From: a virus
Taxonomy: Duplodnaviria > Caudoviricetes
IMG/VR virus record: IMGVR_UViG_3300021400_000621
Location: 25,174-89,173 of that record
DNA: 64,000 nt
Reading direction: 5' to 3' (one strand)
The first letter of the stretch is position 1. The number at the start of each line of letters is the position of its first letter. Positions 58,962-64,000 of this stretch are shown here, one piece after another. The notes under the pieces were generated by a model. It did not search any database. It worked only from the letters and a program-made list of their open reading frames with translations, and was not told the DNA's origin. The position numbers and the translations under genes are program-made.

Positions 58962-61109
58962 TTACTTTTTCACTATAGCTGCGGCCGCAAGCGTTCTAGG
59001 ACCAACCCAGCCATCGCCTTGACCTTTACCAATTTCTGCTTCTTGGAATTGTTTAGTATATTTTAATGTACCATCTCCATAAATTCCATCAACAGTAACA
59101 ACTGTCTTGCCAAAATACCAATTCAGATATTTTTGCCATAATTCAACTCTGCTGCCAACCTCACCATAATACATAGTAATAGTAGCATTAACTGAAGAAT
59201 TATATCTATGTACTCTTGGGAATCCTTTGTATCTAGCATCAGTTAAGGTAGTAACTCTAATAGAATTATTCCATTTTGTAGAATTTCTCTTATTGTCGTC
59301 ACCGCTACCAGCTTCGGCAATTTTTCCATCACCAATATATAAAGCTACATGGGTATCTTTACAAAGCACATCGCCAGGCTTTAAACTTGATTTAGCAGGA
59401 TGACCAAGATTGGTAAATAAACTAGATTTAGCATATCCACTGTTCTTGCCGAAATCCCAAGAACCAGTGTTTCTACATAAACTAAGTGCCTTAGGTACAC
59501 ATCCACCATGTGCCCAAGCCGCACCTACAAATGGATTACAGCAATATGTAAACTTAGGGTCTAACATATTACGTTTTTGTTTACCATTTGTTCCGCAGAA
59601 ATAACATCCATTATGGTGAGCATTAGCACCCTTTGCTTTATTAGTATATCCATAATGGAATCTATTATCTCCTGCAATCCATTTTGCCCATTTAATTGTA
59701 TCTGCAATAACTTGAGCATTAGATTTCCTTACTGTTGTAGTAGGTAAAATTCCTGAATAAGTCTTCTTGACGGAGGCTTTCTTCTCCAGTAATTCATTGA
59801 CCTTCTTCTGTACTGCATCATAATTATATCCAGCGGCAATAAGTTTCTTTTTACGTGCGTCTCCGCTACCCCATTTGCCATCAATAACCTCCTGTGCAAT
59901 TACATCAACAGATTTCTTTTTAGGAGCTAATAATTCATTAACTTTCTTTTGAACTTCATCATAATTATAACCGGCTGCAATTAATTTCTTCTTTCTTGCA
60001 TCGCCGCTTCCCCACTTACCATCTATAACTTCTTGAGCAATAACGTCTATAGACTTCTTACCTGGATTTAACAGTTCATTAACTCTCTTTTGAACTGCAT
60101 CATAATCATAACCAGCTGCTTGCAGATTCTTCTTTCTAGTATCGCCAGAACCCCATTTACCTGCAATTACTTCTTTAGCAATCTCATCAATGGTTTTCTT
60201 CTTTACAGCTCCACATACAACTTCAATAATATGATGTGAATCAATTTTGCTAATAATATAAGAAGTTGTAGCACCAACTACCTTACCATCTACTTTAATG
60301 CTCTGTACACCCATGCCAGCATTTGGCTTGATAGTAATAGTTACATTTTGTCCCGCCATATAACGGTCACTATAAGTAATTGTACCATTACTGCAAGAAG
60401 TAAGAACAATAAATGTATTAACACTAAACACACCATAAACTTTTCTGTTAGACATGTGTGATGATTTTACATTAAGTGCAGCTCTATTAGAACCAGGCTT
60501 ATTATTATCATAGATTCCTGCAGCATGACCTGCGTGATTAAATAATAAATTACCTTTATTATCTTTGTAAGCATAGGAAGCAGTATGTCCCATGAAGCCA
60601 ATAATATCGCCTTCTTTAATCTTTCCCTCTTTAACCAGCTGTGCAGTAGTTTTTTCAGGATATTTAATACTACTCCAATATTTTCCATTAATACTATTCA
60701 TAGCTTTAACAGAATTGTTATAAAAACTATTTTGAATAGCCTTACTATCATCATTACTACCAGTTGAAGTAATAATTTTATATCCCTCTTTAATTAAACC
60801 ACAACGCATAGCAACAGTATTTGGAAAAGTAATACAAGTTCCCCAATCTTTAGAACTTGCAATTGTTTTTTTCCATCTGCTCCAGTTATATTTAGCATTA
60901 TAAGACCAATTATATTGAGCTTTACATGCATCAAACCAAGGCTTCATAGCTTCTTTACGGGATTTCATATGTACAGATACTTCATTAATTCTTTTTTGAA
61001 TTATATCATAATTATATCCCGCAGCTTGGAGTTTCTTTTTCCGTTCATCACCGGAACCCCATTTTCCATCAAATATTTCTAATACAATTTGATCAGTTGT
61101 TTTAGCCAT
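58962..61109 (-). CDS. Modular cell-wall hydrolase with four CW_7 repeats, NlpC/P60-like domains and a C-terminal PG-binding domain
   Basis: IAKEVIAGKWGSG..RKK.L.AAGY.Y..VQK.VNELL repeats; PGDVLCKDTHVALYIGDG; DGIYGDGT...FQ. Start moved to ATG 61109 (AAAGGAG RBS). Confidence 0.8.
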   Translation of the reverse strand: MAKTTDQIVLEIFDGKWGSGDERKKKLQAAGYNYDIIQKRINEVSVHMKSRKEAMKPWFDACKAQYNWSYNAKYNWSRWKKTIASSKDWGTCITFPNTVAMRCGLIKEGYKIITSTGSNDDSKAIQNSFYNNSVKAMNSINGKYWSSIKYPEKTTAQLVKEGKIKEGDIIGFMGHTASYAYKDNKGNLLFNHAGHAAGIYDNNKPGSNRAALNVKSSHMSNRKVYGVFSVNTFIVLTSCSNGTITYSDRYMAGQNVTITIKPNAGMGVQSIKVDGKVVGATTSYIISKIDSHHIIEVVCGAVKKKTIDEIAKEVIAGKWGSGDTRKKNLQAAGYDYDAVQKRVNELLNPGKKSIDVIAQEVIDGKWGSGDARKKKLIAAGYNYDEVQKKVNELLAPKKKSVDVIAQEVIDGKWGSGDARKKKLIAAGYNYDAVQKKVNELLEKKASVKKTYSGILPTTTVRKSNAQVIADTIKWAKWIAGDNRFHYGYTNKAKGANAHHNGCYFCGTNGKQKRNMLDPKFTYCCNPFVGAAWAHGGCVPKALSLCRNTGSWDFGKNSGYAKSSLFTNLGHPAKSSLKPGDVLCKDTHVALYIGDGKIAEAGSGDDNKRNSTKWNNSIRVTTLTDARYKGFPRVHRYNSSVNATITMYYGEVGSRVELWQKYLNWYFGKTVVTVDGIYGDGTLKYTKQFQEAEIGKGQGDGWVGPRTLAAAAIVKK
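59780..60200 (-). repeat. Three tandem 141-bp (47-aa) CW_7 repeats
   Basis: Repeats visible at both DNA and protein level; a fourth copy lies at the N-terminus (about 60970-61095). Confidence 0.85.
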
Positions 61110-61123
61110 ATTTTTCTCTCCTT

Positions 61124-62686
61124 TTATTTCTGATCCCAATAGGCAACATAGCATTTATTCATATCTACTCTACCTTTAATTCCTTTTACAGAACCGCTAG
61201 AACTATATTGCCACATTCCAAACCAGTTAGGATGTTTATGTGTAATTTTTGAATTATATTGTGCAATCCAAAGTGGATAACTTGTATAATTCGCAGTTTT
61301 AATATAATTATTAAACCAATTTAAATTAGCATAAATTCCAGGTTTGCCGCCAAGAGCCTTCATTTTATTAATAAAGGCAAATGCAGATTGATTTGCATAA
61401 CTACTTAATGAACTAGCTTCTAAATCAATATATAATGGCATGTCTGGATTATATTGCTTACAAGCATTATAAAGTCTTTCAGCTTCTTTTTCTGCGGCCG
61501 CCTTAGTTTTAGCTCTGCTAAAGATATAGGCACCAACATGAAGCCCTTGTGCTTTTGCAGCTTTCATGTTTTTATCAAACTTGCTATCAAGAGTACTACC
61601 ATCTGCATATCTAATAATAGCACCATCTACTCCGTCAGCTTTTACTTTTGCCCAATCAATATCTCCTTGCCACACAGAAACATCAATAACTTTATATACA
61701 GATTTTATTGGAGTTGCGGCAGGAGTGCTTAGCGTCTTACTAGCACTAGAACTACTAGAGCTATTTGTAGCTGGTTTTAAGTCGCCATTAAGCCATTTTT
61801 GTACAGCTTTTGAAGTATTTGGTCCCCAGTATCCATCTGGATTACTTAAACCAAGATATTTCTGAAATGCTTTGATTGTATTTGGACCAAGTTCACCGTC
61901 TGGATCACTTAACTTCAGCATTTTTTGTAATGCTCTAATACAATTACTACCGCCGCTACCATAGGAGATACCACTACTGAATCCGCTATGATACTTCTTT
62001 AAAGATTTACTTTGTCCACTAATTTTTCCATCCTGTGTTGTTCCCATCTTCTTCTGTAAAGCCTTGATGGAAGCTGGACCAAATTTACCATCAACAGCTA
62101 ACTTACCTGGGGTTGGAGTTGGATCAACAGAAGGAACTGGCGCATCACCGCCGCCAATACTTCCTGCTGGTGGATCAGCAGTCCAAATCTGCGGAATTAA
62201 TCCCGCCATAGTCGTTTCATAGCAGTACCAACCATCATGATGTCTGCCGCCTGAATCTTTGCAATAAAAATAGTGTTTTCCATTCTGAACCTTGTAATCA
62301 ACAAAAGCTACATAATGTCCACCTGTTGTCCAAGTAACACCGCCTCTGCTGCCGCCTCTGAATAGAATAACACCAAATTTATATTTTCTATCTTTTAATG
62401 TCTCCCAAACACTTTTCATATTTGGATGATTAATAACACTAAAACCATAATGTTGAAGTGTTTTTGTAATTCCTGCCCAAAGAGTTCCTTGATTCTTAAT
62501 TGCAAATCCTTGATTTACCATATAAGGTCTTAAATCTTTAGGAGTCCAATTTTTATATTTATCTAATTCTATTATTACATGCAGACAAGCACAACAACCG
62601 CATCCACATCCACCAAATGTAGAACCTTTTGGATAAGGTAAACTTGCCCATCTAGAATCAGCCTGTCTATAAATATTTTTATTCAT
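61124..62686 (-). CDS. Modular endolysin: C39-like peptidase, PG-binding repeats, GH25 muramidase
   Basis: N-terminal GCG..A and GGHYVA; central DGKFGP.SIKALQ / DG.LGPNTIKAFQ; C-terminal IDVSVWQGDIDW and WQYSSSG...VDMN. Confidence 0.85.
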   Translation of the reverse strand: MNKNIYRQADSRWASLPYPKGSTFGGCGCGCCACLHVIIELDKYKNWTPKDLRPYMVNQGFAIKNQGTLWAGITKTLQHYGFSVINHPNMKSVWETLKDRKYKFGVILFRGGSRGGVTWTTGGHYVAFVDYKVQNGKHYFYCKDSGGRHHDGWYCYETTMAGLIPQIWTADPPAGSIGGGDAPVPSVDPTPTPGKLAVDGKFGPASIKALQKKMGTTQDGKISGQSKSLKKYHSGFSSGISYGSGGSNCIRALQKMLKLSDPDGELGPNTIKAFQKYLGLSNPDGYWGPNTSKAVQKWLNGDLKPATNSSSSSSASKTLSTPAATPIKSVYKVIDVSVWQGDIDWAKVKADGVDGAIIRYADGSTLDSKFDKNMKAAKAQGLHVGAYIFSRAKTKAAAEKEAERLYNACKQYNPDMPLYIDLEASSLSSYANQSAFAFINKMKALGGKPGIYANLNWFNNYIKTANYTSYPLWIAQYNSKITHKHPNWFGMWQYSSSGSVKGIKGRVDMNKCYVAYWDQK

Positions 62687-62978
62687 CTAATACCTCCACT
62701 TCTTCAATTATTTCATCACTAAGTGGTGCAGTATAGAATCTCTCGCCAATATAATCATCTTTCAGTTCTTCTTTGATTTGACGAGTTACACCTGTTCCAT
62801 GACAGCTAGCTTCAGTAAAGTCTTCATTATAGTAATATCCTACTGCTGCAGCAAGCACTAGGAAGATATAAATAACTATTTTTGCTGAAAATACTGTCAG
62901 AATATCGAACAGCGCAAATCCAGTCAGAACAAGAGCAAGAATTAGAGCAATCCCTCTAATACGAGTACCTCTATTCAT
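62679..62978 (-). CDS. Holin (SPP1/phiLC3-like)
   Basis: 99 aa with two hydrophobic helices; GTRIR.IALILAL and YYYNEDFT.A motifs; directly upstream of the lysins. Confidence 0.75.
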   Translation of the reverse strand: MNRGTRIRGIALILALVLTGFALFDILTVFSAKIVIYIFLVLAAAVGYYYNEDFTEASCHGTGVTRQIKEELKDDYIGERFYTAPLSDEIIEEVEVLDE

Positions 62979-63040
62979 TTAAACCTCCTAACTAAAATGC
63001 GGCCGGTGCTTGGGTTCCGCGCCCGAGCTGCCGCCGCAAT

Positions 63041-64000
63041 CTATGAGAAGAATAAGAAATCATTAATATTTCTCTTTTTCCGTTTTCTCATTCTCTCTTC
63101 TTCTTTTTTTATGTAATACATTCCATATACAAAAGCTGAGAATCTATCCTTCTTTATACTTCTGCTGGACTGTTTTAGAATAATATTAACTCCTTGATTT
63201 TCTTCAACTAAATTTAACATCTGTGCTTTGAGAGCTGTGGTAAGAACGAATGGCATCAACCTTTCATTTCTCTGTTCGGAAGTCATATTTTGACCAAGTT
63301 TAGTAGACATCAGTTTAGTTTTAGCTGTTGCTTCATCTATTAAAAACTGCACCCTGCCGCTGCTCATTTGTGTCTGAGTATAGCTATAGGCCTCAGTATT
63401 AATAGGAGCATTAGCTTTAATTAGATACATAGCATCTTTTTCTACATCAGGTGCTTTATTTACATCCTTATATTGATTTATAATATCCTCAAAAGTGCCA
63501 CCTTCTACTCCAAATGGAGGAAGAATATCACCATTATCCGGATCAACCTGTGCTTTTGTCATAAAATCAATAAGTCCAACACCTAAACCATTAGCATCTA
63601 TTGCCATAGTTCTTGCTTTGTATCTATAATACAACTTCTTTAAATTAATAGCTTGTTTTTCAAAATCTTCAGCTTCATAACTGAACATATTAACCAAACT
63701 CTTAATTGCAGAACCTTTAGGTTGTGGTGTAACCTTAAAAATACAAGCCTCAGTTGTACATCCTATTCTACCAACATCCACTCCGATAACATAGAAAGCA
63801 GTTTTACTACTTCTATTGCTATATTCATCTTCTGGTTGATTTAATACTCTATATTTATCAAATTTCTCCGCAGAATAGAAAGCATTTTCTGCATCTCCAC
63901 TCCAAATACTTCTATACTCACGGTCAAAAGATTCATCATTGAATGTACCTTGCATACGTAATTGGTCAACGAAGTCTTCGTTGAGTAGTCCTTCGCAAAC
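63041..64000 (-). CDS. Terminase large subunit, C-terminal nuclease domain (runs off window end)
   Basis: Frame open to base 64000; FDREY..IW, IGVDVGR, IDANGLG and KKDRFSA RNase H-fold motifs. Confidence 0.85.
   Translation of the reverse strand, partial: VCEGLLNEDFVDQLRMQGTFNDESFDREYRSIWSGDAENAFYSAEKFDKYRVLNQPEDEYSNRSSKTAFYVIGVDVGRIGCTTEACIFKVTPQPKGSAIKSLVNMFSYEAEDFEKQAINLKKLYYRYKARTMAIDANGLGVGLIDFMTKAQVDPDNGDILPPFGVEGGTFEDIINQYKDVNKAPDVEKDAMYLIKANAPINTEAYSYTQTQMSSGRVQFLIDEATAKTKLMSTKLGQNMTSEQRNERLMPFVLTTALKAQMLNLVEENQGVNIILKQSSRSIKKDRFSAFVYGMYYIKKEEERMRKRKKRNINDFLFFS

Larger units (their letters stand above)
1..64000. mobile_element. Segment of a large tailed dsDNA phage genome (probable siphovirus of a Firmicute)
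   Basis: Co-oriented terminase, portal, protease, capsid, major tail and tape measure genes on -; phage-type replication module on +; lysins with Gram-positive cell-wall-binding repeats; no host housekeeping operons. Confidence 0.95.

Noticed and set aside
60539-60548. Core copy inside the CW_7 lysin
   Set aside because: Lies on the non-coding strand and heads no cassette; chance.
1-64000. Stop-codon reassignment as in some gut phages
   Set aside because: Very long genes are intact in the standard code and coding density is high. The start-less frames in 16373-21299 are explained by cassettes rather than recoding.

Overview
The whole window is part of a large, AT-rich (about one-third GC, estimated by eye) tailed dsDNA phage genome, probably a siphophage of an anaerobic Firmicute. 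No host genes are evident. On the + strand (1-15241) is a replication and nucleotide module: DnaB-like helicase end, primase, RecJ-like nuclease, RecD/Dda-like helicase, DnaE, guanylate kinase, NrdD/NrdG and dUTPase. On the - strand (64000 down to about 18800) is the late operon: terminase, holin, two modular lysins, endonuclease, portal, protease/scaffold, decoration protein, major capsid, neck genes, major tail protein, a 2696-aa tape measure, distal tail proteins, a BspA/DUF285 repeat protein and two paralogous tail-fibre-like genes. The main discovery lies where the two arms meet (15281-22288): a tyrosine recombinase next to what looks like a multi-cassette tail-fibre shufflon. Eight copies of the core TAAATAATAA in alternating orientation each sit in the same reading frame (x-AAT-AAT-AAN, Asn-Asn-Asn/Lys). 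Two lie inside the expressed fibre genes exactly where the paralogs stop aligning. Six head start-less C-terminal cassettes packed tail-to-tail, one of which is absent from the ORF track. A RuvC-like gene and an XkdW/XkdX-like pair lie between the segments. Secondary observations are a probable -1 frameshift adding an Ig domain to the major tail protein, a family of GC-rich hairpins just upstream of late-gene RBSs, and strong enrichment of GCGGCG/CGCCGC. All product names come from motif recognition by eye; no database search was run.
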